DNA from: Pseudomonadales bacterium | Lineage (GTDB): Bacteria > Pseudomonadota > Gammaproteobacteria > Pseudomonadales > CAWVSB01 | DNA length: 64,000 bases | Reading direction: 5' to 3' | Assembly (NCBI GenBank): GCA_046710535.1 | Contig: JBKEHH010000011.1 | Coordinates: 30,974-94,973, forward strand | Shown: one piece after another, positions 40,173 through 48,538 of the stretch | Numbering within the stretch: the stretch's first letter is position 1 | How the letters are laid out: each line of letters starts with the position of its first letter | Notes under the pieces: model-generated | What the model was told of the DNA's origin: nothing | Databases searched by the model: none | What the model saw: only the letters and a program-made list of their open reading frames with translations | Program-made: the position numbers and the translations under genes

Positions 40173-40964
40173 TTAGACAAAACTTTGTTCATCGCCATGT
40201 TGACTGGTGGCTTTTCGGCGCCCCAAGCGTTTTTTAATGCCTTGTTTGATTTCGTTAACAGTATTTTGATCGTAGCCCATTTGTTGAAAATACCGAGCGG
40301 CAAGCTGTTGCCATAAAGATAACCATTGCTGTCCATAGCAGCCACGGTAAATGCAGGCCAGGTCTTTTATTTGTAGATAGGCATTGGGTTTTTTTTTGAT
40401 TTTTCCTCTAGGGGCATCTATCCAAAATATCGTGGGAGCTTGTGCTTTTTTTTGCACCATAATGTTACGAAAATGCAGATCAAAGTGATAAAAGTTGGCC
40501 TGATGCGCGTTGGCTAAAATATCGGCCAGTTGGTCAAACACTGTTTCTACTAAAATGCTGTTTTGGCGAAAGCATGGCAGTTGACAGAGTTCACTAAGAT
40601 CTTCAGCGCCGGCTATCTCGCGGGTAATAATAAGTGAGCTTTGATGAAAGCCAAAAGGGCTGTAGCTGCCAGCGGCGATAACTTCAGGTCCGGCAATATT
40701 GTGTTGCTGCCAAAAATTGTAGCTCTGCATTTCAACGAGGGCTCTGGGCCTTCGTGGATAGGTATAGCGCGGCGACAATCGGTATTCATAGCGTTTGATA
40801 AAAACCTTGAAGGTGCTGTCATCAATCTGCCACGAATTACGCCAGGTAGTGTTTTTGCCCGCATGGTTGATGACCTCGCCTTGGCAAAGCGTCAGCAACT
40901 GCTTATAAGAGCTGATCTGTTGCTGGGTGAACCAGTGTCGGTATTTGGGGGCTATATAAAACAT
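40173..40964 (-). CDS. Kdo/WaaP-family (LPS-type) kinase
   Basis: FKVFIKRY, HFDLHFRNIMV and FWIDAPRG motifs. Start placed at Met77 of the track ORF because the upstream extension runs through the rpsB promoter/leader. Start is uncertain, and no clear SD is visible. Confidence 0.7.
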   Translation of the reverse strand: MFYIAPKYRHWFTQQQISSYKQLLTLCQGEVINHAGKNTTWRNSWQIDDSTFKVFIKRYEYRLSPRYTYPRRPRALVEMQSYNFWQQHNIAGPEVIAAGSYSPFGFHQSSLIITREIAGAEDLSELCQLPCFRQNSILVETVFDQLADILANAHQANFYHFDLHFRNIMVQKKAQAPTIFWIDAPRGKIKKKPNAYLQIKDLACIYRGCYGQQWLSLWQQLAARYFQQMGYDQNTVNEIKQGIKKRLGRRKATSQHGDEQSFV

Positions 40965-41045
40965 GGGTGCAGTATGGCAGAAGCTTAAGGGGGTGCAAAA
41001 TTTAGTATTTAAGCCGCTCTGAGGCTTTAATCGGGCAGATAAATA

Positions 41046-41054
41046 TGGTATAAA
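41046..41054 (+). promoter_or_regulatory. candidate extended -10 promoter of rpsB-tsf
   Basis: TGgTATAAA lies 143 nt upstream of the rpsB ATG. It resembles the extended -10 element known for E. coli rpsB and leaves a long 5' UTR, as expected for S2 autoregulation. Confidence 0.5.
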
Positions 41055-41196
41055 AGGCGCCGCTGTCTGCATTAGGTAGGCAGTGATTAAAATTCGAACA
41101 CTTATCGACACATATTTCGGGGTGCTTGGCTTAACCGCTAGGTTGGAATATGGGATAGGTGGGAGAGATAACCCATTACAATATATAGGCAATATT

Positions 41197-41973
41197 ATGG
41201 CTACCGTTTCAATGCGTGAGTTGTTACAGGCTGGTGTTCACTTTGGTCACCAAGCTCGTTACTGGAACCCTAAGATGAGTAATTATCTATTTGGCGTTCG
41301 CAACAAAATCCACATTATTAATTTAGAGCAAACTGTTCCTGCGCTTAACGATGCGTTAACTATGGTTCAAAAATTAGCTACTAACAAAAATAAAATTCTT
41401 ATAGTCGGTACTAAACGTGCTGCCAGCAAGGTTGTTAAAACCGAAGCTGAGCGTGCTGGAATGCCTTATGTTAGCCAACGTTGGTTGGGCGGCATGTTAA
41501 CTAACTACAAAACTATTCGTCAGTCTATTAAACGTTTTCGTGATTTAGAAGCGCAAAGTGCCGATGGTACTTTTGACCAGCTAACTAAAAAAGAAGGCTT
41601 AATGCGCAAGCGTGAAATGGAAAAGCTAGAGCGTTCTATTGGCGGTATTAAAGATATGGGCGGTTTGCCTGACGCTTTATTCGTAATTGACGTTGATCAT
41701 GAGCGCATTGCTATTACTGAAGCTAACAAGCTTGGTATTCCTGTTATCGGTATCGTTGACAGCAACAGCAATCCAGACGGCGTTGATTACGTTATTCCTG
41801 GCAACGATGATGCGATTCGAGCGATTAAGCTTTACGGTAAAGCTATTGCTGATGCGATTCTTGAAGGTAAGAACGAGAATGACCCTATCGTTAAAGATGA
41901 CTTCGTAGAAGTTGAAGCCGAAGTAGCTGAAGCAGTTGAAGCTCCAGAAGCTCCAGCTCCTGCTGCTGAGTAA
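41197..41973 (+). CDS. rpsB: 30S ribosomal protein S2
   Basis: [27 protein letters not shown]. Acidic C-terminal tail. Start placed at Met39 of the track ORF. Confidence 0.95.
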   Translation: MATVSMRELLQAGVHFGHQARYWNPKMSNYLFGVRNKIHIINLEQTVPALNDALTMVQKLATNKNKILIVGTKRAASKVVKTEAERAGMPYVSQRWLGGMLTNYKTIRQSIKRFRDLEAQSADGTFDQLTKKEGLMRKREMEKLERSIGGIKDMGGLPDALFVIDVDHERIAITEANKLGIPVIGIVDSNSNPDGVDYVIPGNDDAIRAIKLYGKAIADAILEGKNENDPIVKDDFVEVEAEVAEAVEAPEAPAPAAE

Positions 41974-41993
41974 AACGCTCAGTTAAGTGCTAG

Positions 41994-42017
41994 AAAGGGG
42001 GCTTTGCCCCTTTTTTT
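41994..42017 (+). terminator. hairpin plus T-tract between rpsB and tsf (attenuator/terminator)
   Basis: aaagggg (41994-42000) pairs with ccccttt (42007-42013) across a 6-nt loop, followed by a T run to 42017. Confidence 0.6.
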
Positions 42018-42105
42018 AAGTCGATTTATTAGTTTAATCTGTTTCATCCTAAGGCTTTAGCGCGCAGCGCTTATCAAGGATGAATGAAATATAGAGGTGA
42101 GTTCC

Positions 42106-42963
42106 ATGGTTGCAATTTCTGCATCATTAGTAAAAGAACTTCGTGAGCGTACCGGTTTGGGTATGCTTGATTGTAAAAAAGCACTACGTGAGACTGAAGG
42201 CAATATTGATCAAGCCATCGAGAACTTACGTAAGTCTAGCGGTATGAAGGCGGCTAAAAAAGCTGGCCGTGTTGCTGCTGAAGGCGTTGTAGTCGCGCGC
42301 GTAAGCGCTGATAACGCTTACGCTCAGTTATTGGAAGTAAACAGTGAAACTGATTTCGCAGCCCGCGATGCTGGTTTTTTGGCATTTGTTAATGCTGTTG
42401 CGGACAAAGCATTAGCTGACAAGGAAGAAGATGTACAAGTTTTGCTAGATAGCGGTGTTGAAGCTGATCGTGAAACATTAGTACAAAAAATTGGTGAAAA
42501 TATCAGTCCAAGACGTATTGCTTCATTGAGCGGCGATGTGGTCGGCAGTTATGTGCACAGTAACAACCGTATTGCAGTATTGGTTCAGCTTAAAGGCGGT
42601 AATGTAGAGTTAGCGAAAGATATCGCTATGCATGTAGCAGCGTCTAACCCGCAGTATGCCAATCCTGAAGATGTGCCTGAAGATGTGATCACGAAAGAGA
42701 AAGACATTTACATCGCGCAAGCACAAGATAGTGGCAAACCTGCTGAAATCATAGAGAAAATGGTTGTTGGTCGCATACGTAAGTTTTTGGAAGAAATTAG
42801 CTTAACCAAGCAATCTTTCGTAAAAGACCCTGATGTAACCGTTGGCGAGTTGGCTAAGAAAGCCGGTGCTGAAGTGGTTGCCTTTGTGCGTTATGAAGTT
42901 GGTGAAGGGATTGAGAAAGAAGAGGTTGATTTCGCCGCCGAAGTTGCCGCACAATTGAAGTAA
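42106..42963 (+). CDS. tsf: elongation factor Ts
   Basis: [27 protein letters not shown]-like N-terminus. The ATG at 42106 lies 8 nt after AGAGG and is preferred over the track's GTG at 42097. Confidence 0.95.
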   Translation: MVAISASLVKELRERTGLGMLDCKKALRETEGNIDQAIENLRKSSGMKAAKKAGRVAAEGVVVARVSADNAYAQLLEVNSETDFAARDAGFLAFVNAVADKALADKEEDVQVLLDSGVEADRETLVQKIGENISPRRIASLSGDVVGSYVHSNNRIAVLVQLKGGNVELAKDIAMHVAASNPQYANPEDVPEDVITKEKDIYIAQAQDSGKPAEIIEKMVVGRIRKFLEEISLTKQSFVKDPDVTVGELAKKAGAEVVAFVRYEVGEGIEKEEVDFAAEVAAQLK

Positions 42964-42975
42964 GTTTGCAGTATT

Positions 42976-43000
42976 AAGGGCATCCACAGGATGCCCTTTT
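42976..43000 (+). terminator. rho-independent terminator after tsf
   Basis: aagggcatcc (42976-42985) pairs with ggatgccctt (42989-42998), followed by a short T run. Confidence 0.65.
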
Positions 43001-43036
43001 AGTATCACCACACTATGACACTTAGGGCGGATAGAT

Positions 43037-43759
43037 ATGTCGAATAAAGATAAAAAGTATAAGCGCATCATGTTGAAGCTAAGCGGTGAAGCGCTTATGG
43101 GTAATGAAGGCTTTGGTATTGATCCTAAAGTACTTGACCAAATGGCTTTAGAGATAGGGCAGCTTGTCGGCATAGGAGTGCAGGTTGGCTTAGTTGTTGG
43201 TGGTGGTAATTTATTCAGAGGTGCGGCATTAAGTGCGGTGGGCTTAGACCGAGTTACTGGCGACCATATGGGTATGCTGGCAACAGTGATGAATGCCTTA
43301 GCATTGCGCGACGCCCTAGAGCGTTCCAATATAGCTAGCCGTGTTATGTCAGCTATTCCAATGAGTGGTGTGGTTGAGCATTATGACCGTCGTGCTGCAC
43401 TGCGTTATTTAGATCAGGGTGATGTAGTTATTTTCTCTGCAGGAACCGGTAATCCCTTTTTCACTACTGATTCTGCGGCCTGTTTGCGTGGCATTGAAAT
43501 CGACGCTGAAATAGTACTTAAAGCGACTAAAGTTGATGGTGTTTATACGGCTGACCCAGAAAAAGATCCCGGCGCTGTTAGGTATGACGAGTTAACCTAT
43601 GACGAAGCCTTGGATAAAAAATTAGGTGTGATGGACTTAACCGCTATTTGCCTGTGCCGTGATCATGATATGCCACTGCGCGTATTTAAAATGGAAGAAG
43701 TCGGTGCATTACTGAGTATTTTTGGTGGCGGCGATGTAGGCACTTTAATTAGATCATAA
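43037..43759 (+). CDS. pyrH: UMP kinase
   Basis: [30 protein letters not shown]. Confidence 0.95.
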   Translation: MSNKDKKYKRIMLKLSGEALMGNEGFGIDPKVLDQMALEIGQLVGIGVQVGLVVGGGNLFRGAALSAVGLDRVTGDHMGMLATVMNALALRDALERSNIASRVMSAIPMSGVVEHYDRRAALRYLDQGDVVIFSAGTGNPFFTTDSAACLRGIEIDAEIVLKATKVDGVYTADPEKDPGAVRYDELTYDEALDKKLGVMDLTAICLCRDHDMPLRVFKMEEVGALLSIFGGGDVGTLIRS

Positions 43760-43789
43760 AATTAATAAGTTATTAGTAGGAGATCGACT

Positions 43790-44347
43790 GTGATCAATGA
43801 AATTAAACAAGACGCTGAAGTGAGCATGCAAAAGGCCGTTGAGGCATTGGGTAGCGCTTTTGGCCGAATTAGAACTGGTCGTGCTCATCCTAGTATTTTG
43901 GACGGAGTGATGGTTGATTACTATGGCAGTATGACTGCGTTAAGCCAGGTGGCTAACGTGTCGGTTGACGACGCCAGAACACTCAGTGTTACTCCTTGGG
44001 AAAAGAACTTAGTGCCGGATATCGAAAAAGCGATTATGAAGTCTGATTTGGGTTTGAATCCAAGTACGGCTGGTTCGGTTATCCGTCTGCCTATGCCAAT
44101 GCTGACTGAAGAGACGCGTAAAGTGTTTATCAAGCAAGCTAGGGCTGAGGCTGAGTCGTCTAGAGTATCGATTCGCAACTTTCGGCGCGATGCTATTGGC
44201 AACATTAAAGACTTACTTAAAGACAAAGACATTAGCGAAGACGATGACCGTCGTGGTCAAGATGATATTCAAAAACTAACCGATAAATATGTAGCCAAAG
44301 TCGATCAGCTGTTAGCAGCTAAAGAAGTCGACTTGATGGAAATTTAA
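43790..44347 (+). CDS. frr: ribosome recycling factor
   Basis: 185 aa. [15 protein letters not shown] motif. GTG start. Confidence 0.95.
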   Translation: MINEIKQDAEVSMQKAVEALGSAFGRIRTGRAHPSILDGVMVDYYGSMTALSQVANVSVDDARTLSVTPWEKNLVPDIEKAIMKSDLGLNPSTAGSVIRLPMPMLTEETRKVFIKQARAEAESSRVSIRNFRRDAIGNIKDLLKDKDISEDDDRRGQDDIQKLTDKYVAKVDQLLAAKEVDLMEI

Positions 44348-45114
44348 TGCGGGCTTTGTCTCCAATGGCTGATGACAGCTTGGCATTAGTTCCGCATCAC
44401 GTCGCTATCATTATGGATGGTAATAACCGCTGGGCGAAAGCCAAAGGTTTACGCGCGGTTGCATCGGGCCATCAAGCTGGCGTTGAGGCCATTCGAGGCG
44501 TGCTAGATGGCTGTTTAGATGCTGGGGTGAAGGTGCTAACGCTATTTGCCTTTAGCAGCGAAAATTGGCAGCGCCCTAGCAGCGAAGTTAAAGCCTTGAT
44601 GAATTTATTCTCGCGCTATCTCTCCAAAGAAATTCCAGAATTAAATGTTAAGGGCACCCGAGTTAGATTTATCGGCAGGCGTGACCGCTTTTCAAAATCC
44701 TTGCAAAACCAAATGCAATTAGCAGAAGAGCTCACTGACACTAATACCGAAGGTACTTTGGTTATTGCTGCTGACTATGGTGGTCAGTGGGATATTACTC
44801 AGGCGATGGCTAAGTTATTTGCCGCTGTGAAACAGGGTGTTCTAGCGGAAAGTGAGATCAGTGAGGAGCAATTAGCGAACTATCTCTCTCTGGCCGATAT
44901 TCCTTCGCCGGACTTGCTGATTCGCACTGGCGGCGAGCATCGCATAAGTAATTTTTTATTGTGGCAAACTGCTTATTCAGAACTATATTTTACTGACACT
45001 TATTGGCCAGATTTCTCCAAGCAAGAACTGCTGGCCGCACTGGGTGATTATGCTCAACGTGAGCGCCGTTTCGGTCGTACCTCTGAACAAATAGGAGCAA
45101 AGACTAGTGCTTAA
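44347..45114 (+). CDS. uppS: ditrans,polycis-undecaprenyl-diphosphate synthase
   Basis: HVAIIMDGNNRWA, FAFSSENW, RTGGEHRISNFLLWQ. The ATG overlaps the frr stop (TAATG). Confidence 0.93.
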   Translation: MRALSPMADDSLALVPHHVAIIMDGNNRWAKAKGLRAVASGHQAGVEAIRGVLDGCLDAGVKVLTLFAFSSENWQRPSSEVKALMNLFSRYLSKEIPELNVKGTRVRFIGRRDRFSKSLQNQMQLAEELTDTNTEGTLVIAADYGGQWDITQAMAKLFAAVKQGVLAESEISEEQLANYLSLADIPSPDLLIRTGGEHRISNFLLWQTAYSELYFTDTYWPDFSKQELLAALGDYAQRERRFGRTSEQIGAKTSA

Positions 45115-45928
45115 ATATAGAATAATAACTGCACTGATTATGGCGATTTTATTTGTGGGGGTGTTGTTTCTGAAGCCCACACAAATGGTATTAATATTTA
45201 GTTTTGTTGTGGTTGTGGCCGCCTGGGAGTGGGCACAATTAGCAGATTTTGCAGGATTGCAAAAAGTTGCTTATGCAGTAGTTGTTGGTTTATTGCTAGT
45301 TGCTATGGGCGCTACGGTAAGTTTTGAAGCCGAAAACACCGAATGGCTGACACAAACTTTAGGCTCTGCGACAACTTTATGGGCTATTTTGTTATGCTGG
45401 GTAATTACCTATCCTGCTTCTGCAACTGTGTGGGGTAGCAAATGGGCTCGGTCGTTATTGGGTTTGATTATTCTTAGTGCAGTATGGCTAGCGATGGCCT
45501 TTTTGGGCTTTAGCGAACAAGGTCCGTTATTAATCTTATATATTATTGCTGTGGTAGCTTTTACTGATATAGGCGCTTATTTTAGTGGCCTGACTTTTGG
45601 TAAACACAAATTTGCTCCTTATGTCAGCCCTAAAAAAACTTGGGAAGGTTTTTTTGGTGGCGTAATTGCGGCTGGCTTGATGTCCTATTTGGTGGCTACT
45701 TATTATGGTTTATTAAATATGAGTGTTGCTCAAGCCGTGGCTTTATCGGTAGTGTGCGCCGCGGCCTCCGCATTGGGTGATTTGGCTGTCAGTATGCTTA
45801 AGCGTCATGCCGGTGTTAAAGACAGTTCCAACTTACTGCCAGGACATGGTGGTTTTCTTGACCGGATTGACGGAACGTTAGCGGCGATGCCGATGTTTGC
45901 CTTTGGCTTGTTAATGGTTGCCAAATAA
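45107..45928 (+). CDS. cdsA: phosphatidate cytidylyltransferase
   Basis: Multi-TM protein with the CDS signature SMLKRHAGVKDSSNLLPGHGGFLDRIDG. GTG start. Confidence 0.9.
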   Translation: MLKYRIITALIMAILFVGVLFLKPTQMVLIFSFVVVVAAWEWAQLADFAGLQKVAYAVVVGLLLVAMGATVSFEAENTEWLTQTLGSATTLWAILLCWVITYPASATVWGSKWARSLLGLIILSAVWLAMAFLGFSEQGPLLILYIIAVVAFTDIGAYFSGLTFGKHKFAPYVSPKKTWEGFFGGVIAAGLMSYLVATYYGLLNMSVAQAVALSVVCAAASALGDLAVSMLKRHAGVKDSSNLLPGHGGFLDRIDGTLAAMPMFAFGLLMVAK

Positions 45929-47116
45929 ATGAGCGCGATTGAGCAGATTACTGTTTTAGGTGCTACTGGCTCTGTTGGGCTTAATACATTAGATGTTATT
46001 GCTAGGCATCCAGATAAGTATGGTGTGTTTGCGCTTACCGCAAATAGTAAAGTTGATGAGTTGGCTGAGCTATGCGTGGTCTATAAACCTAAATATGCAG
46101 TGCTTGGGTCAGCTAACGCAGCACAACAATTAAAAGATAAATTAAACTCATTGAATGTCGATACTGAAGTATTGTGCGGCGACGACGGCTTGTGCCAAGT
46201 GGCATCCCATCCACAAGTTGATTCAGTGATGGCTGCCATTGTTGGGGCAGCTGGCTTAAACTCTACCTTAGCTGCTGCTAAAGCTGGCAAGAAAGTATTG
46301 TTAGCTAATAAAGAAGCCTTAGTAATGGCTGGCGATTTATTTATGCAGGCGATTGCTGCCAGCGGTGCAACTTTATTGCCGATTGACAGTGAACATAATG
46401 CTATCTTTCAGTGTCTACCTCAGACAGAGACTAAAAGCTTGGCCGAAAAAGGGGTGGAGAGAATATTGCTAACTGCGTCAGGCGGGCCGTTTCGACAATT
46501 CACCGCGGAGCAAATGCGTGGCGTCAGTCCTGAGCAAGCATGTGCGCATCCGAACTGGAGCATGGGACGAAAAATCTCAGTTGATTCAGCGACTTTAATG
46601 AATAAAGGGCTTGAACTTATTGAGGCCTGTTGGCTGTTTGATACCGATCAGTCAGGCATTGATGTAGTGGTTCACCCGCAGAGTATTATCCATTCTATGG
46701 TGCGATATGTGGACGGTTCGGTGATAGCGCAAATGGGTAACCCCGATATGCGAACCCCTATAGCTTATGGGTTGGCATGGCCCGAGCGAATAGATGCTGG
46801 TGTTAAGCCACTAGATTTTATTCAAATTGGCAGCTTAGATTTTGAAGCCCCTGACGAGCAGCGTTTTCCCTGTTTGGTTTTGGCGAGAGAAGCATGGCAG
46901 CAGGGTGGCACCGCCAGTGCAGTGTTAAACGCCGCTAATGAGATTGCAGTAGCTGCATTTTTAAATAAAATAATAGGCTTTACTGACATCGCCAGTATTA
47001 TTGAGCAGGTATTAGCCAAGCAAAGTACAGTTAAAGCTACTACTATAGAAGTTGTGCAAGCAGCTGATGCTGAAGCACGACTAATTGCTAACCAAATTGT
47101 AGCTGAGATACACTAA
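45929..47116 (+). CDS. dxr: 1-deoxy-D-xylulose-5-phosphate reductoisomerase
   Basis: [39 protein letters not shown]. Confidence 0.95.
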   Translation: MSAIEQITVLGATGSVGLNTLDVIARHPDKYGVFALTANSKVDELAELCVVYKPKYAVLGSANAAQQLKDKLNSLNVDTEVLCGDDGLCQVASHPQVDSVMAAIVGAAGLNSTLAAAKAGKKVLLANKEALVMAGDLFMQAIAASGATLLPIDSEHNAIFQCLPQTETKSLAEKGVERILLTASGGPFRQFTAEQMRGVSPEQACAHPNWSMGRKISVDSATLMNKGLELIEACWLFDTDQSGIDVVVHPQSIIHSMVRYVDGSVIAQMGNPDMRTPIAYGLAWPERIDAGVKPLDFIQIGSLDFEAPDEQRFPCLVLAREAWQQGGTASAVLNAANEIAVAAFLNKIIGFTDIASIIEQVLAKQSTVKATTIEVVQAADAEARLIANQIVAEIH

Positions 47117-47122
47117 AACCTA

Positions 47123-48481
47123 ATGATGGAAACTCTAGAAACAGTTCTTATTGCGATTGTCACCTTTAGTATTTTGGTGGCATTCCATGAATACGGTCAT
47201 TTCTGGGTGGCGCGTAAATGTGGCGTTAAGGTGTTACGTTTTTCTATCGGTTTCGGGCCGGTACTTTTCAGTCGAAAAGACAAATTAGGCACTGAATTTT
47301 CGCTCAGTGCGCTGCCACTTGGCGGCTACGTAAAAATGTTAGACGAGCGCGAAGGTGAGGTTAATGAGGCTGAACGTCATATGGCGTTTAACAACAAAAA
47401 GCCGCTGCCGCGTATAGCGATTGTCTCAGCTGGACCAATTGCTAATTTTATCTTGGCATTTGTTGCTTACTGGTTGGTATTTGTATCTGGTGTGACTGGC
47501 GTAGTGCCAATTATCGGAGAGATAGCGCCAGGTTCTGCTGCTGAACGTGCTGGGCTGACGTCTGGACAAGAAATTATTTCAATTGAAAACGAGCACACCC
47601 CTACGTGGCGTGCAGTGAGTATGCAGTTGATCTCTCGTTTAGGTGAGACTGGTGAGATCAACACTATCGTATTGGCGTCAGAATCTAAGTTTGAATACAG
47701 TACCAAGCTGATGATTAAAGACTGGCTGGTTGGCGAAGGTGACCCAGATATTTTGGGTAGCTTAGGGATTATCCCTTACCGGCCGGTGTTAGAGCCTGTT
47801 ATTGAAGATGTATTACCTGCTAGTGCCGCCGATCAGGCTGGTTTTGTAGCGGGTGATAAATTATTGCAAGCTAATGATATAGAGCTAACGTCTTGGTCTG
47901 ACTGGGTTGAGTATGTGCAGCCACGGGCCGGAGAGAGTATTGCTTTGTTGGTTGACCGCGATGGCGAGCTTAGTATTAGAGATATCACTCCAGCCCGACA
48001 TGTTATCGATGATGGCTCTGCGGTTGGCCGAGTGGGTATGCGAGTTATGGTGCCTGATTTATCAGAGTCTATGATTCGCGAATTTAAATATTCACCAATA
48101 GATGCTGTTGGCGAAGCGGCCGCTGAAACCTGGAAGATGTCGGTATTTACCCTGCAGTCAATTAAAAAGCTATTAGAAGGCCTGATTTCGCCAAAAAACT
48201 TGAGTGGACCTATTACCATTGCTAAAGTGGCGACCGCGTCTGCTAAAGCCGGTTTTGAGTCATATTTAAGTATTTTGGCTTTGCTTAGTATTAGCCTTGG
48301 TGTATTGAACTTACTGCCTATTCCAGTTTTGGATGGCGGTCATATTTTGTTTTATACCATTGAGTGGCTTAAGGGCAGTCCGGTACCGCAATGGGCTCAG
48401 AATATTGGTTATCAGTTGGGCTTAGTAATGGTGGCCTGTTTGATGTTTTTTGCGTTGTATAACGATATTGGTCGTTTGTAG
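47123..48481 (+). CDS. rseP: sigma-E protease RseP (site-2 zinc metalloprotease)
   Basis: HEYGHF zinc motif, two PDZ regions, and the C-terminal NLLPIPVLDGGH motif. Confidence 0.93.
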   Translation: MMETLETVLIAIVTFSILVAFHEYGHFWVARKCGVKVLRFSIGFGPVLFSRKDKLGTEFSLSALPLGGYVKMLDEREGEVNEAERHMAFNNKKPLPRIAIVSAGPIANFILAFVAYWLVFVSGVTGVVPIIGEIAPGSAAERAGLTSGQEIISIENEHTPTWRAVSMQLISRLGETGEINTIVLASESKFEYSTKLMIKDWLVGEGDPDILGSLGIIPYRPVLEPVIEDVLPASAADQAGFVAGDKLLQANDIELTSWSDWVEYVQPRAGESIALLVDRDGELSIRDITPARHVIDDGSAVGRVGMRVMVPDLSESMIREFKYSPIDAVGEAAAETWKMSVFTLQSIKKLLEGLISPKNLSGPITIAKVATASAKAGFESYLSILALLSISLGVLNLLPIPVLDGGHILFYTIEWLKGSPVPQWAQNIGYQLGLVMVACLMFFALYNDIGRL

Positions 48482-48538
48482 ATAATAATAATTTTAGTTG
48501 GGTTTAATCCTTACGAGATATCTCTGGAAAATAATTTA

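Noticed and set aside
40965-41192. N-terminal 76 codons of the 339-aa minus-strand track ORF (40173-41192).
   Set aside because: This stretch runs antisense through the rpsB promoter and leader and ends 5 nt from the rpsB ATG. The residues are not kinase-like. Starting at Met77 gives the usual ~260-aa size for this kinase family.
42802-43329. 175-aa antisense ORF across the tsf/pyrH junction. Similar antisense or alternate-frame ORFs are listed in the track (for example 54669-54980, 39412-39813, 36866-37222, 4093-4383, 47833-48219).
   Set aside because: All lie inside confidently identified conserved genes, have low-complexity or Ser/Ala/Pro/Cys-rich translations, and lack motifs. They are typical shadow ORFs.
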